A DNA stretch of 64,000 bases, from NCBI GenBank assembly GCA_964291405.2, contig OZ219926.1:1952001-2016000 (forward strand), read 5' to 3'. This DNA comes from Thermodesulfobacteriota bacterium (lineage in GTDB: Bacteria; Desulfobacterota; Binatia; Bin18). The notes below the pieces were generated by a model. That model saw only the letters and a program-made list of their open reading frames with translations. It was not told where the DNA came from and made no database searches. How positions within the stretch are numbered: the stretch's first letter is position 1; each line of letters begins with the position of its first letter. A program made the position numbers and the translations under genes. Shown here piece by piece: positions 28,114-38,029 of this stretch.

Positions 28114-28282
28114 GGTAGGCTGAGAGGAGGCGTGTGGCTAATGGGAAAAGAAGGCCGTGCGTTTAAGATGTGAATAAAGTGGCATTTAGAGATCAGCAGT
28201 AGTCGTGTCAGCAGGAAGAAGCTTGAACCATTTACATGGTTGTAGCGTGGACACTAAACGGTAGCATCGTCACTGGCGCTCT

Positions 28283-29443
28283 CTATTGAACAAGCTGTCG
28301 ACTTACTATCAGCCAAGACTCATAGGCCACTCCATCATCCGCAAGGACTGCCTTTGGTCGCGCTTTTATGGGATCAGCGCTTACCGCAATACGTTCGATG
28401 ACGGCATTGCGAGTTTCATCAGATAGACTCTTCCACCAATCAGGTTCCATGTGAACGTTTTCGCAATGTGTGAAAAAGAACCGTAACAACGCAGCCGTTA
28501 CGAACTCATCCGGTATTGCCTTCAAACTCTCAACGAATGCACGGCAGGTCCGGTCGCTCTCCGCTAACCAGGAGAACGCCACGGCACCACGTTCTCCTCC
28601 ATGGAATGAAGTAAAACAGAGGAGATCCGGGGTATTTCGGATATCTGCAACATCTTGCAGTTCAACGCCTCCGAAATCTTGCTCGGGATAGACCGCCCCG
28701 CTACACATGACAGGAGGTGCAGTCTCGAATTCAATGATATACGCTTGGACGGTTTTGTATTCCTGGCTTTCGAGAAGTCCATCGTATAGTGATTTGTAGT
28801 GGTCTGTGTCCCGGAGGGCTGCTTCAAGACCAATATTGTGAAGTTGAGCCATCGATTGAATCTGGACCTGTTCCGCGAAAGTCTTTCCTTTATCCATGTC
28901 TCGATATAATCCCCGGAGTCTATTTGCAGCACGTTTTGTATAAAACTCCCTGACTAGGGCGCGATAGCCGAGTAAGAAGCATTGCTCCGGTGTACCGCAG
29001 AACGGTTGCTGCTCCAGAGGTGCAAAAATGGCGCTGTCATGATGAGCGCAGAATCCCGTAAATGTCGAAGCCTTCTGAATACCAAAGAGTTTTGGAACGA
29101 GTTTACCCTGGTTCTTCCTCAGATTCTCTGGACTTGGATCAAAGGAGTAGACGTGCCCGTTCCGCGCGATCTGTTCAAGACTCCCGGATTTTGGCACGGT
29201 ATGGGCTCTGGAGATTGGGCCCTTACACTCGTTCTGCCACGCTTCCGGCACCAGGCATGTCTTGACGGAAAACGCTTGCTTGAATTTCTTAGAAGCCTCC
29301 CAAGGCTGTATCGGAGTCTGTATCTCTCGGTCTAGGTGGCAACGTTTATACTTCTTCCCTGATTCGCACCAGCAGGGATCGTTACGGCCGAGCCTTCCTT
29401 GTCTTTGACGAGGTATTCGTCGTTTCTTTTGGTTAGCGGCCAT
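28283..29443 (-). CDS. SEC-C motif protein with a putative HNH-like Zn domain
   Basis: GRNDPCWCESGKKYKRCH, then C..C..AHTVPK and FCAHHD. Visibly more AT-rich than neighbours. Confidence 0.8.
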   Translation of the reverse strand: MAANQKKRRIPRQRQGRLGRNDPCWCESGKKYKRCHLDREIQTPIQPWEASKKFKQAFSVKTCLVPEAWQNECKGPISRAHTVPKSGSLEQIARNGHVYSFDPSPENLRKNQGKLVPKLFGIQKASTFTGFCAHHDSAIFAPLEQQPFCGTPEQCFLLGYRALVREFYTKRAANRLRGLYRDMDKGKTFAEQVQIQSMAQLHNIGLEAALRDTDHYKSLYDGLLESQEYKTVQAYIIEFETAPPVMCSGAVYPEQDFGGVELQDVADIRNTPDLLCFTSFHGGERGAVAFSWLAESDRTCRAFVESLKAIPDEFVTAALLRFFFTHCENVHMEPDWWKSLSDETRNAVIERIAVSADPIKARPKAVLADDGVAYESWLIVSRQLVQ

Positions 29444-29482
29444 CGCTGTAGTAGGTGAGTAAGGTTTCTCTTGGAGGGGCGG

Positions 29483-29893
29483 TCAGGGTTTGATCGAATG
29501 TCGTTCCACGTAGCTGAGCGCCGCGCGGGCGAGAAAGCCCGAGCGCGTTTCTCCTTCGCGGGCGGCAGCTTCGTCCACGATCGCCAGCACCCGCGCCGGT
29601 ATGGTGATATTGACTCGTTTGGCCTTGCTCGACAGCTTTGAGATATCAACCGATACGAGTGCCCAGGTTCCGCCTCTGAATTCCTTGTTGGTGCGGTGAG
29701 CTTCCAGCGGTGCTTGCTCGGGAATCGTTTCCCCATCCATCAGCAGCCCTTCAAGATGGCAAGTAATGGCTTCGTGTGTCGAGTCGATGGCTTCGTCCAG
29801 AGAGTCGCCAGCCGAAAAGCAACCGGGTAGATCGGGCACGGTGACACCGTAGCCGCTATTACGGTCTTTATGGATAACGATTGGAAAACGCAT
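29483..29893 (-). CDS. hicB: HicB antitoxin
   Basis: YGVTVPDLPGCFSAGDSLDEA and RVNITIP..RSGFLARAA (RHH). Confidence 0.93.
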   Translation of the reverse strand: MRFPIVIHKDRNSGYGVTVPDLPGCFSAGDSLDEAIDSTHEAITCHLEGLLMDGETIPEQAPLEAHRTNKEFRGGTWALVSVDISKLSSKAKRVNITIPARVLAIVDEAAAREGETRSGFLARAALSYVERHSIKP

Positions 29894-30087
29894 CAGCGAT
29901 CCTCCCATTTCCAGTCGGCCTGTCGAAAGATGTTGCGCAGTGTCCCGATTGGAATATCCTTTGTCGGATGCTTGACCGTCACCCGTCCAGACTTTTGGGG
30001 GTGAACGAACTGGTGGTGGCTCCCCTTGGTGTTCCGCACTACCCACCCCTCTCGCTTGAGCTTCCGAATGATATCCCCGCTGGTCAT
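29893..30087 (-). CDS. hicA: HicA toxin
   Basis: GW..TKGSHHQFVHP..VTVKHP.KDIPIGTLRNIFRQA. Confidence 0.93.
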   Translation of the reverse strand: MTSGDIIRKLKREGWVVRNTKGSHHQFVHPQKSGRVTVKHPTKDIPIGTLRNIFRQADWKWEDR

Positions 30088-30218
30088 GCTTATTGCAATG
30101 TGTATAGTACGCATTGCCCGAAGCTTGTCAAACTCTCTGCCGATCCGCCCGAAGATTGACAGCCGGCGCGTCGGCAGGATAAGGGCTTGCAGATAGGGCT
30201 GTGCCCAAAGGGGGGAAT

Positions 30219-30767
30219 ATGGAGCAGGGTGTCCACACCGACCAGACGGCCGAGCCGTTGCTCGCCTTTACCGCCAAAGCGGTCGAGATGATCAGGCACG
30301 CCATGCGGCTGAAGGGCCTACGGGACGGTGGCATTCGGATGACGGTCGCGGGCGGCGGCTGCAAGGGCTTCCAGTACAGCCTGAACCTTGAGCGGACCGC
30401 GCAAGCGGACGATACGGTGGTCGTACAGGACGGGATCAAAGCCTTCCTCGACCCGAACAGTGCCCAACATCTCCAGGGAACGCGGCTGGATTATGTCACC
30501 AATCGTCAGGGTACCGGATTTCATTTTTTCGGGATGGAGTCGTCCCGGACCATTGGCTGTCGGTCTACGGTTCTGCTGCGGTGGTGTATCGAAAACAACA
30601 CCCGGACCGAGGGCTGCATCCAGTGCGCCAAGCGCCCGCTGATGGACATAGACCTGGAGGCGGCGACACAGTTTGTGGACAGCAGACAGAGCATCTCCCA
30701 TCCCGGTCTGCGCCCGATGCAGCTGTGTGAGAAGTGCCACTATGTCATCTGTCAGTGTGATAATTAG
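30219..30767 (+). CDS. HesB/IscA-like A-type carrier with an atypical Cys-rich C-terminal extension
   Basis: FTAKAV..GGGCKGFQYSL..LQGTRLDYV..GFHF. CGCG is replaced by IGCR, with extra CIQC, CEKC and CQC. Confidence 0.8.
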   Translation: MEQGVHTDQTAEPLLAFTAKAVEMIRHAMRLKGLRDGGIRMTVAGGGCKGFQYSLNLERTAQADDTVVVQDGIKAFLDPNSAQHLQGTRLDYVTNRQGTGFHFFGMESSRTIGCRSTVLLRWCIENNTRTEGCIQCAKRPLMDIDLEAATQFVDSRQSISHPGLRPMQLCEKCHYVICQCDN

Positions 30768-31132
30768 ATTTGGAGCCCCGGCCACTTCGAGAATTCCGTA
30801 TAGGTCCAGTCCGTCGCGATTTTCCCATCGCGGCAGGTGAGTACGGCGCAGAAGGGCAGTTGCCAATTCGCGCCCTGGTCCGGGTCGAGTAGCACGGCTT
30901 CGACCACGACAACGTTTCCGGCTGCGTGCTTGCGGTCAACCCGCATCTTTCGTTGTGGGGCGGCCTGGAGGACCTGCCGTTCAATTTGGATGAGCTGTTC
31001 GTGCCCGCGAATAAAGCCCCCGTTCACTTCGCAGTCAGGGGTGTAGACCTCAAAGACAAAGCGTTCGATGTCGTTGTTGTACATATCCTCATACGCCTGG
31101 GCGACTGCAAGACTGCTTTCTTCCTGTGTCAT
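30764..31132 (-). CDS. SnoaL-like/NTF2 family protein
   Basis: YNNDIERF..YTPDC..GNVVVVE..VLTCRDGKI. Confidence 0.75.
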   Translation of the reverse strand: MTQEESSLAVAQAYEDMYNNDIERFVFEVYTPDCEVNGGFIRGHEQLIQIERQVLQAAPQRKMRVDRKHAAGNVVVVEAVLLDPDQGANWQLPFCAVLTCRDGKIATDWTYTEFSKWPGLQI

Positions 31133-31300
31133 CTTTCCCTCCTTTGGAATGCCGACAATTTGAAGATGCAAACGACCATTTGTCAAGGACAGAAATTCCT
31201 CCCTCGGTCTCCTTTGCCCAGGGAAGGCCAGTTGTGATATGGGTAGGGCGCCTATGTGGCCGCTCAGGCCGCTACTGAACAAATCTGGGAAGGGGAAAGT

Positions 31301-32461
31301 ATGGGCGTATTATCTGGATATAAAGTTGTTGAATTCGCGGGCATCGGGCCTGCTCCAATGTGTGCGATGCTGCTCTCGGATATGGGAGCGGAGGTGCTGC
31401 GTATAGACCGGGCCGAAGATGCCGACCTCGGCGTGCCGACCGACGCCAAGTTCAACCTGCTCGGGCGCGGGCGCCGCTCGGTTGCGATTGACCTCAAGAA
31501 ACAGGAGGGGACGGAGGCGGCGCTCAAGCTGATCGAGCAGGCTGACGCGCTCATCGAGGGCTTCCGGCCCGGGGTGATGGAACGGCTGGGACTCAGCCCC
31601 GAGGTGTGTATGGCCCGCAACCCCCGCCTGGTCTTTGGGCGCATGACCGGTTGGGGCCAGGAGGGACCGCTGGCCAACGCGGTTGGTCATGACATTAACT
31701 ATATTGCCCTGATTGGGGCACTGCATTCGATTGGGCGTAAAGGCGAAGCGCCAGTGCCGCCCCTGAATCTGGTTGGTGACTTTGGCGGCGGCGGAGTCTT
31801 CCTGGCGCTGGGCGTGGTCGGTGCCCTGCTGGAAACCCAGAAGTCGGGCAAGGGTCAAGTCATTGACGTGGCCATGATCGATGGCGCGGCGTCGCTGATG
31901 ACCGCCATCTACGGTCTGCGCGCGGCCGGCAAGTGGACGGACAACCGTGGAGAAAACATTCTGGATACAGGCGCGCATTACTACAATGTGTATGAGACCA
32001 GCGATGGTCAGTACCTCTCCATCGGCTCGATTGAAGCCAAATTCTATGCGGAACTGCTGCGTTTGACCGGGCTGGAGAGAGAAGAGCTGCCCCACCAGAA
32101 CAACCGGACCGAGTGGCCATCGCTGACCGAAAAACTGGCCGCAATTTTTAAGACCAGGACCCTGGCGGAGTGGAACGAACTCCTGGAGGGCAGCGACATC
32201 TGCTACGCACCGGTTCTCAATATGGCCGATGCGCCCAACCATCCGCACAACCAGGAACGTGGCACGTTTGTCGAGGTCGAGGGAGTCCCGCAGCCAGCTC
32301 CGGCGCCGCGCTTCAGTCGCACCCCGAGCGCCATCCAGCGCCCGCCCGCCAGCCCGGGCGAGCATACGGAAGAGGCCCTGCGCGATTGGGGCTTTGATAC
32401 CGGGGAGCTTGAGCGGTTGCGCGGAAGCGGCGCGATCGGCGTTCGGACCGCGGCAAAATAA
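31301..32461 (+). CDS. CaiB/BaiF CoA-transferase (alpha-methylacyl-CoA racemase-like)
   Basis: GIGPAP, EGFRPGVMERLGL, GHDINY, NLVGDFGGG and PAPAPRFSRT motifs. Confidence 0.93.
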   Translation: MGVLSGYKVVEFAGIGPAPMCAMLLSDMGAEVLRIDRAEDADLGVPTDAKFNLLGRGRRSVAIDLKKQEGTEAALKLIEQADALIEGFRPGVMERLGLSPEVCMARNPRLVFGRMTGWGQEGPLANAVGHDINYIALIGALHSIGRKGEAPVPPLNLVGDFGGGGVFLALGVVGALLETQKSGKGQVIDVAMIDGAASLMTAIYGLRAAGKWTDNRGENILDTGAHYYNVYETSDGQYLSIGSIEAKFYAELLRLTGLEREELPHQNNRTEWPSLTEKLAAIFKTRTLAEWNELLEGSDICYAPVLNMADAPNHPHNQERGTFVEVEGVPQPAPAPRFSRTPSAIQRPPASPGEHTEEALRDWGFDTGELERLRGSGAIGVRTAAK

Positions 32462-32517
32462 TCCTAGCAGCCCAGCGAAACGGTGCTGGGCGGTCTCATC
32501 CTTATCCGGTGCAGGGT

Positions 32518-32545
32518 GTAGGGGCAATTCATGAATTGCCCCTAC
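32518..32545. repeat. Perfect 28-bp GTAG REP palindrome
   Basis: GTAGGGGCAATTCATGAATTGCCCCTAC. Confidence 0.85.
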
Positions 32546-32593
32546 GGCGCTCACTTTGATATGTCCTCACCGCTCTGAAACGGAGCCGACACG

Positions 32594-33556
32594 ATGCAAC
32601 TCGGTGTAATTGGTTTAGGCCGGATGGGTGGCAATATGGTCCGCCGCCTCATGCGTGGCGGACATGCGTGTGTGGTGTTTGATCTGAATGCGCAAACGGT
32701 CAAACAGTGCGAGCGGGACGGGGCGGTTGGTGCGTCTTCACTCGATGATCTGATCCAAAAGCTCACGCCGCCCCGCGCCGTGTGGGTCATGCTGCCGGCG
32801 GGCGCGGCAACGGATGAAACGGTAACCGCCCTAGCCGAGAGAATGGACGCGGACGACATTATTATTGATGGCGGAAACTCGCATTTTAAGGACGACATTC
32901 GACGGGCCGAAGCCCTCAAACCGAAAGGGCTCCATTACGTGGATGTTGGGACGAGCGGTGGGGTGTGGGGAGTCGAGCGCGGCTATTGTCTGACAATCGG
33001 CGGGGAACAAGAATCGGTCCGGCGACTCGATCCGATTTTTCGTACCCTGGCCCCCGGCAAGGGGGACATTCCAGAAACGCCGGGTCGCGATCAGATGAGC
33101 GGTACGGCTGAGGAGGGCTATCTGCACTGCGGCCCGGCCGGAGCCGGGCATTTTGTGAAAATGGTCCATAACGGCATCGAGTACGGGCTGATGCAGGCCT
33201 ATGCCGAAGGCTTTGATATCCTGCGAAGCGCCCGCGGCAGCGGACTGGACTATCACTACGAGTTGAATCTGCCGGATATTGCCGAGGTGTGGCGCCGCGG
33301 CAGCGTGGTTGGCTCCTGGTTGCTGGATTTGACGGCTATGGCGCTGGCGGAAAGCCCGGAGCTGTCCGAGTTCTCCGGTGAGGTCCAGGATTCAGGCGAA
33401 GGCCGCTGGACGATTGCAACGGCCGTTGAGGAGGCGGTTCCCGCCGATGTCCTGTCAGCAGCGCTCTATGCGCGCTTTCGGTCCCGCCAGGCTCATACCT
33501 TTGCCGAGAAAATCTTATCGGCCATGCGCTTCAAGTTCGGCGGGCACCGCGAGTAG
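32594..33556 (+). CDS. gnd: 6-phosphogluconate dehydrogenase, decarboxylating (short YqeC type)
   Basis: [34 protein letters not shown] and DSGEGRWT motifs. Confidence 0.96.
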   Translation: MQLGVIGLGRMGGNMVRRLMRGGHACVVFDLNAQTVKQCERDGAVGASSLDDLIQKLTPPRAVWVMLPAGAATDETVTALAERMDADDIIIDGGNSHFKDDIRRAEALKPKGLHYVDVGTSGGVWGVERGYCLTIGGEQESVRRLDPIFRTLAPGKGDIPETPGRDQMSGTAEEGYLHCGPAGAGHFVKMVHNGIEYGLMQAYAEGFDILRSARGSGLDYHYELNLPDIAEVWRRGSVVGSWLLDLTAMALAESPELSEFSGEVQDSGEGRWTIATAVEEAVPADVLSAALYARFRSRQAHTFAEKILSAMRFKFGGHRE

Positions 33557-33580
33557 GGGCAATTCATGAATTGCCCCTAC
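33553..33580. repeat. Identical second copy of the 28-bp REP palindrome; overlaps the gnd stop codon
   Basis: GTAGGGGCAATTCATGAATTGCCCCTAC. Confidence 0.85.
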
Positions 33581-33673
33581 AGTTTGCGGGAAACAATTCG
33601 GCATGAGAGAAAGAGTAAACGTGTTCAGCATCTACATGCTGGTTAGAGGACACATTTACTCTTTAAAACCGTC

Positions 33674-34708
33674 ATGACAACCCATGTCCTGGCCGGTGAT
33701 ATTGGCGGAACCAAGACAAACCTGGCCCTGTATGCGCTTGAGGGAGAAGATGAGCTCCGCCTCGTTCGGGAATCTTCTTTTCCAAGTGCCCAATATGCCG
33801 GGCTGGAGGACGTCATTGCCGACTTTCTTGCGGGGGAAGTTTCCCCCGAGCCCCCTCTTCGCTCCAGTGAGGTGGACGCGGTCATAGCGGCCGGTGCATT
33901 TGGTATTGCCGGTCCAGTTCTTGACGGCAGGGTCGAAGCGACAAATCTGCCCTGGAAAGTTGACACTCCCGACATCCGTCAGGCCATTGGTGGCGGCCGG
34001 GTCCGGCTCATGAACGACCTTGAGGCAACCGCCTATGGGGCGTTATTCCTGCCTGCGGCTGAAATCCTGACACTTAATGCGGGAAAACCTCGACGCGGCA
34101 ACTGTGCGGTGATTGCGGCCGGAACCGGCCTGGGGCAGGCCTTTCTGTTCTGGGATGGGCAAGGCTATAGGCCCGTGGCCACGGAAGGCGGTCATGTTGA
34201 TTTCCCGCCGCGGAACGAAAAAGAAGTATCCCTGTTGCACTTCCTCAGCAAGCAGCACGACGGACGAGTGTCCTATGAGCGTGTGCTGTCCGGCCCCGGC
34301 CTGGTGAGTATCTTCAACTTTTTATGTCAGGTATTACAGCGGCCTGTGGCCGAGACCCTGCGGGCGCGCCTGCACGCCGAGGATGCGGCCGCGGTCATTG
34401 GCGAAGCGGGTGTCACCGGCAGGTGCCGGACCTGCGAGGAAGCGGTGGACCTGTTCGTGAGTTTGTACGGGGCTCAAGCCGGCAATCTGGCCTTAACGGT
34501 GATGAGTGTTGGCGGGGTGTATATTGGCGGTGGGATCGTGACCAAGCTGCTGCCCAAGATGACATCCGGCGGGTTTATGCGGTCCTTTACGGACAAGGGG
34601 CGCTTCAGCCAACTCCTGCAGGATATGCCGGTTCGTATCATTCTGAATCCCAAGGCGGCCCAGGTCGGCGCGGCCCACGCGGCCCGAGCGCTGGTGGACC
34701 AAGGTTGA
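33674..34708 (+). CDS. glk: Glucokinase
   Basis: LAGDIGGTKT, NDLEA, GTGLG, EGGH, ERVLSGPGL and GGVYIGGG motifs. Confidence 0.95.
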   Translation: MTTHVLAGDIGGTKTNLALYALEGEDELRLVRESSFPSAQYAGLEDVIADFLAGEVSPEPPLRSSEVDAVIAAGAFGIAGPVLDGRVEATNLPWKVDTPDIRQAIGGGRVRLMNDLEATAYGALFLPAAEILTLNAGKPRRGNCAVIAAGTGLGQAFLFWDGQGYRPVATEGGHVDFPPRNEKEVSLLHFLSKQHDGRVSYERVLSGPGLVSIFNFLCQVLQRPVAETLRARLHAEDAAAVIGEAGVTGRCRTCEEAVDLFVSLYGAQAGNLALTVMSVGGVYIGGGIVTKLLPKMTSGGFMRSFTDKGRFSQLLQDMPVRIILNPKAAQVGAAHAARALVDQG

Positions 34709-34744
34709 GCCGGCCGCCTCGACTACTGTCGAGCGACCCCCCTC

Positions 34745-36730
34745 TTATTTGATCTTGCCCGTCTGGGTTGTGTCGTAGCCGTCCAGTTGTTCGACTGCGC
34801 GCTTGAAAGCGTCGGAGCGGATGACGGCAACGAGCCGCTGGCCTGTGTCGCCGTTGAAGAAGTCTTTCTGAAAGACGAGGTCGTACTCCTCGCGCTCAAT
34901 GGGAACAAAGTCGAGCCCCAGGGCTTTGGCGGCTGATTTGACGCCAAGACCGGTATCCATAAGACCGCTGGCGATGGCCACCGCGACCGCCATATGGGTA
35001 GTTTCTTCACGTTCGTAGCCCTTGACGCGTTCCGGTTTGATGCGGAGTTTACCGAGCTTATAGTCCAACAGCACGCGCGTACCCGCCCCCGGCTGGCGAT
35101 TGATAAAGGTGACGTCCTTGCGCGTCAGGTCTCTGAGATTCTTGATCTTTTTGGGATTGCCTTTCGGAACGATCAGGCCCTGTTCACGAATGACCAGATT
35201 CATCACGACCGACTTGGTGAGCAGCCGCTGCTTTTTGAGGTCGGGCAGATTATAGACACCACTGGCGGGATCAAGCAGGTGGGTGCCGACCATATGAGCC
35301 TCGCCCCGTCTCAGGGCGACCAGACCACCGAGTGAACCGATATTGCTGGCGGATATTTTGAGACCTGGATGCTGGGCGCGGAGTTGATCGTCAAGCACGC
35401 CGATGGTCAGGTCGTTGCTGCCGGTAAACAGAACCGTGTTGGCGATTTCCTCTGCCGGCCTCAGGAGTTCGACCTGCACCTCCGTGCCCGCGTTCAACCC
35501 TTCGTCCAAGGACGGAATACGCAACACTCCGTCGGCCTTAACCATAGTGGTGATAACTCCGGCGCCGCGGCCGATGGGGTTGGCCACGATCGTATCGCCA
35601 ACCTGCCCGAGGTTGACCCGGACAAACTCTTCCAGGCCGAGCCGCGATGGGACCTTGCGGGGCAGGACCGCCCTGATCTTCGCGGGCTCCTCTGCCGGCC
35701 GACCGAGATAATGGGCGATCAGTTTGTGCAGGACCTGCTGACAGATTACGACCGCGGAAACCGGATAGCCGGGCAGGCCGATGACCGGCGTGCCGTCAAG
35801 AACCGCCAGAATTGCGGGCTTACCGGGCATGACATCAATGCCGTGGACCAGGATGTCGCCCAGCGATTCCAGGGCCCGTAGCGTAAAATCGTGCTCACCG
35901 GCCGAGGAGCCGGCAATGATGATAACGATGTCGTGCCGCTTGACCGCTTTTGCCAGCGCCCGAGTAATGGTTTTGAGATCGTCCACGACTCGGGACAGAC
36001 GCTTGGACGTACCGCCCCACTCTTCGACAAAAGCCCCGGCAACACGGGAGTTGAATTCGATAATCCGGCCCGGTTCGGCCGGATCGCCGGGTTCGATCAG
36101 TTCCGAGCCGGTCGGGATAATGCCGACCGTCGGTGGGGCTATGACCGGAATGGTGGTGTGACCGGCGGCCAGCAGCGCGCCCAGATCGTACGGCCTCAGC
36201 TTATGGCCGCGCGGCAGCAGCGGTTCGGTGGCAACAATGTCCTCGCCGACGAGGCGGACGTGCTGCCACGGGGTGGCGGAATCACGAATTTCAATCTCGG
36301 CGGCGCTTTTCTTAAACACCCGCTCGATCATGACGACCGCATTGGCCCAGGTCGGAATGGGGTGGCCGGTATCGACATACTGAAACGGAGGCGGGGTGGC
36401 CGCACCGTTCCTTTTCCGGCGCGGCCGGGCGTCTTTTGCGACCCGCTTGAGCGCCAGCGGAGCAAACTCACTGGCGCCGAACGTATCCTCGGCGCGCACG
36501 GCAATGCCGTCCATGGCCGCACCGTGGTAATGCGGGGCGGACAGCACCGCGAAAATGGGTTCGGCGGTGGTGCGGTGGAGTGCCTTTTCGACCGGAATCC
36601 GTTCGGTTTTCGGACTGGGCGGGACGGCACCAAGAAAAATATCGAGGGCGTCTTCCAGCGATTTCTTTTTGAGATAGCGCTTGCGGTCGGTCTTGGCGGC
36701 GGGCTGTCCAGGCGGGTGATGGTCGTGCAT
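34745..36730 (-). CDS. moeA: MoeA fused to a C-terminal PBP (LysR-type substrate-binding) domain
   Basis: AMDGIAV, PTGSEL, PGKP and GLPGYP, then GSND..GSLGGL..NRQPGAGTR..EEYDL. Confidence 0.93.
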   Translation of the reverse strand: MHDHHPPGQPAAKTDRKRYLKKKSLEDALDIFLGAVPPSPKTERIPVEKALHRTTAEPIFAVLSAPHYHGAAMDGIAVRAEDTFGASEFAPLALKRVAKDARPRRKRNGAATPPPFQYVDTGHPIPTWANAVVMIERVFKKSAAEIEIRDSATPWQHVRLVGEDIVATEPLLPRGHKLRPYDLGALLAAGHTTIPVIAPPTVGIIPTGSELIEPGDPAEPGRIIEFNSRVAGAFVEEWGGTSKRLSRVVDDLKTITRALAKAVKRHDIVIIIAGSSAGEHDFTLRALESLGDILVHGIDVMPGKPAILAVLDGTPVIGLPGYPVSAVVICQQVLHKLIAHYLGRPAEEPAKIRAVLPRKVPSRLGLEEFVRVNLGQVGDTIVANPIGRGAGVITTMVKADGVLRIPSLDEGLNAGTEVQVELLRPAEEIANTVLFTGSNDLTIGVLDDQLRAQHPGLKISASNIGSLGGLVALRRGEAHMVGTHLLDPASGVYNLPDLKKQRLLTKSVVMNLVIREQGLIVPKGNPKKIKNLRDLTRKDVTFINRQPGAGTRVLLDYKLGKLRIKPERVKGYEREETTHMAVAVAIASGLMDTGLGVKSAAKALGLDFVPIEREEYDLVFQKDFFNGDTGQRLVAVIRSDAFKRAVEQLDGYDTTQTGKIK

Positions 36731-36739
36731 GGTGAACCA

Positions 36740-38029
36740 CTAGAACAGAATCACTTCAACTTCTTCTCCGGCCTCGCGGCCTTCTTCATTATGGGGGATG
36801 CAGACCATGCCGTCGGCCTGCACCAGGCTGAAGATTGCGCCGGATTTCCCCGGCAGCGGCTGGGCGAGCTGCGAGCCTCGCTCTCCATTTGGGGAGGCGT
36901 TTTGCAGCGTGACCCGGACGTAATCCTCCCGTCCAGGGGCGGAGGCAATGTTCTGGGCCAGCCGGGCGCGAGCCGTGCGCAACGGTACAAAGGCCGTGGC
37001 CGCGGACTCGCCGCCTATCATCCGCACCAGCGGCGCGCCAAAGAGGGCAAAAACAACCAGCGCCGACACCGGGTGACCGGGCAGACCCATGACCGGCTTG
37101 CCAGCGGCGCGGGCAAAGATCGTCGGCTTGCCCGGAGCAATGGAAATACCGTGAAAGAAGAGTTCCGAGCGCGGAAAGGAACAGATGACATCCAGCGCCA
37201 TGTCCTTGATGCCCACCGAACTGCCGCCGGAGACCATCACGACGTCGGCGGCTTTCAGTGCGGTGGAGAGCGCCTGGGTAAACGCCTGCGGATCATCTTT
37301 GATAACCCCCAGGTCCGTCACAGTCCCGCCACATTCGGTAATCATGGCGTGGAGAGAATACTGGTTCACGTTCCGGACCTGGCCGGGGCGGGGGGAGCGT
37401 GAGGGCGGAATGATTTCATCGCCCGTGGAAATCAGCGCTACGGTCGGGCGTTTATAGACCGGCACTTTGGTAATCCCCACGCCGGTAAGCGCGCCGATAT
37501 CGTGGGCGCGCAGACGGCGGCCGGCAGGAAAGATCGGCTTCTTCTTTTTGATGTCCTCGCCAACGCGGAGAATATTTTCCCACGGTGATACGCTGCGTAA
37601 GACCTCGACCGTCCCGTCGCCCAGCTCTTCGGTGTATTCCACCATGACCATGGAGTTCGCGCCTGGCGGGAGCATGCCGCCGGTCGCAATCCGCATGGTC
37701 TCGCCCTTCTTGAGCCGACGTTTCGCTTCCGAGCCCATCTCGATTGACCCAACGAGTTTCAGATAGGCCGGCAGACTGGCCGACGCCCCAAACGTATCCT
37801 GGGCGCGGACCGCATAGCCGTCCATATTCGTTCGGTTGAAATGGGGCAGATCGACCGGCGAGGTCAAGGGCTTGGCCAGCGTCCGCCCGCAGGCGTCGAG
37901 TACCGGGATCTGTTCGCTTTTGGTCTGGGGAGCAAAGGCGGCAAGCTGGCGGCGGGCTTCCTCGGACGTCACCACCCGAAAAAAGGCTTTGACCGGGGCC
38001 GGGGCTAGAGCCGCTGATGCGCGAGGCAC
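36740..38029 (-). CDS. moeA: Molybdopterin molybdotransferase MoeA (Glp)
   Basis: MDGYAVRA, STGDE, SGGSSVG, PGKPT and GLPGHP motifs. Confidence 0.94.
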   Translation of the reverse strand: MPRASAALAPAPVKAFFRVVTSEEARRQLAAFAPQTKSEQIPVLDACGRTLAKPLTSPVDLPHFNRTNMDGYAVRAQDTFGASASLPAYLKLVGSIEMGSEAKRRLKKGETMRIATGGMLPPGANSMVMVEYTEELGDGTVEVLRSVSPWENILRVGEDIKKKKPIFPAGRRLRAHDIGALTGVGITKVPVYKRPTVALISTGDEIIPPSRSPRPGQVRNVNQYSLHAMITECGGTVTDLGVIKDDPQAFTQALSTALKAADVVMVSGGSSVGIKDMALDVICSFPRSELFFHGISIAPGKPTIFARAAGKPVMGLPGHPVSALVVFALFGAPLVRMIGGESAATAFVPLRTARARLAQNIASAPGREDYVRVTLQNASPNGERGSQLAQPLPGKSGAIFSLVQADGMVCIPHNEEGREAGEEVEVILF

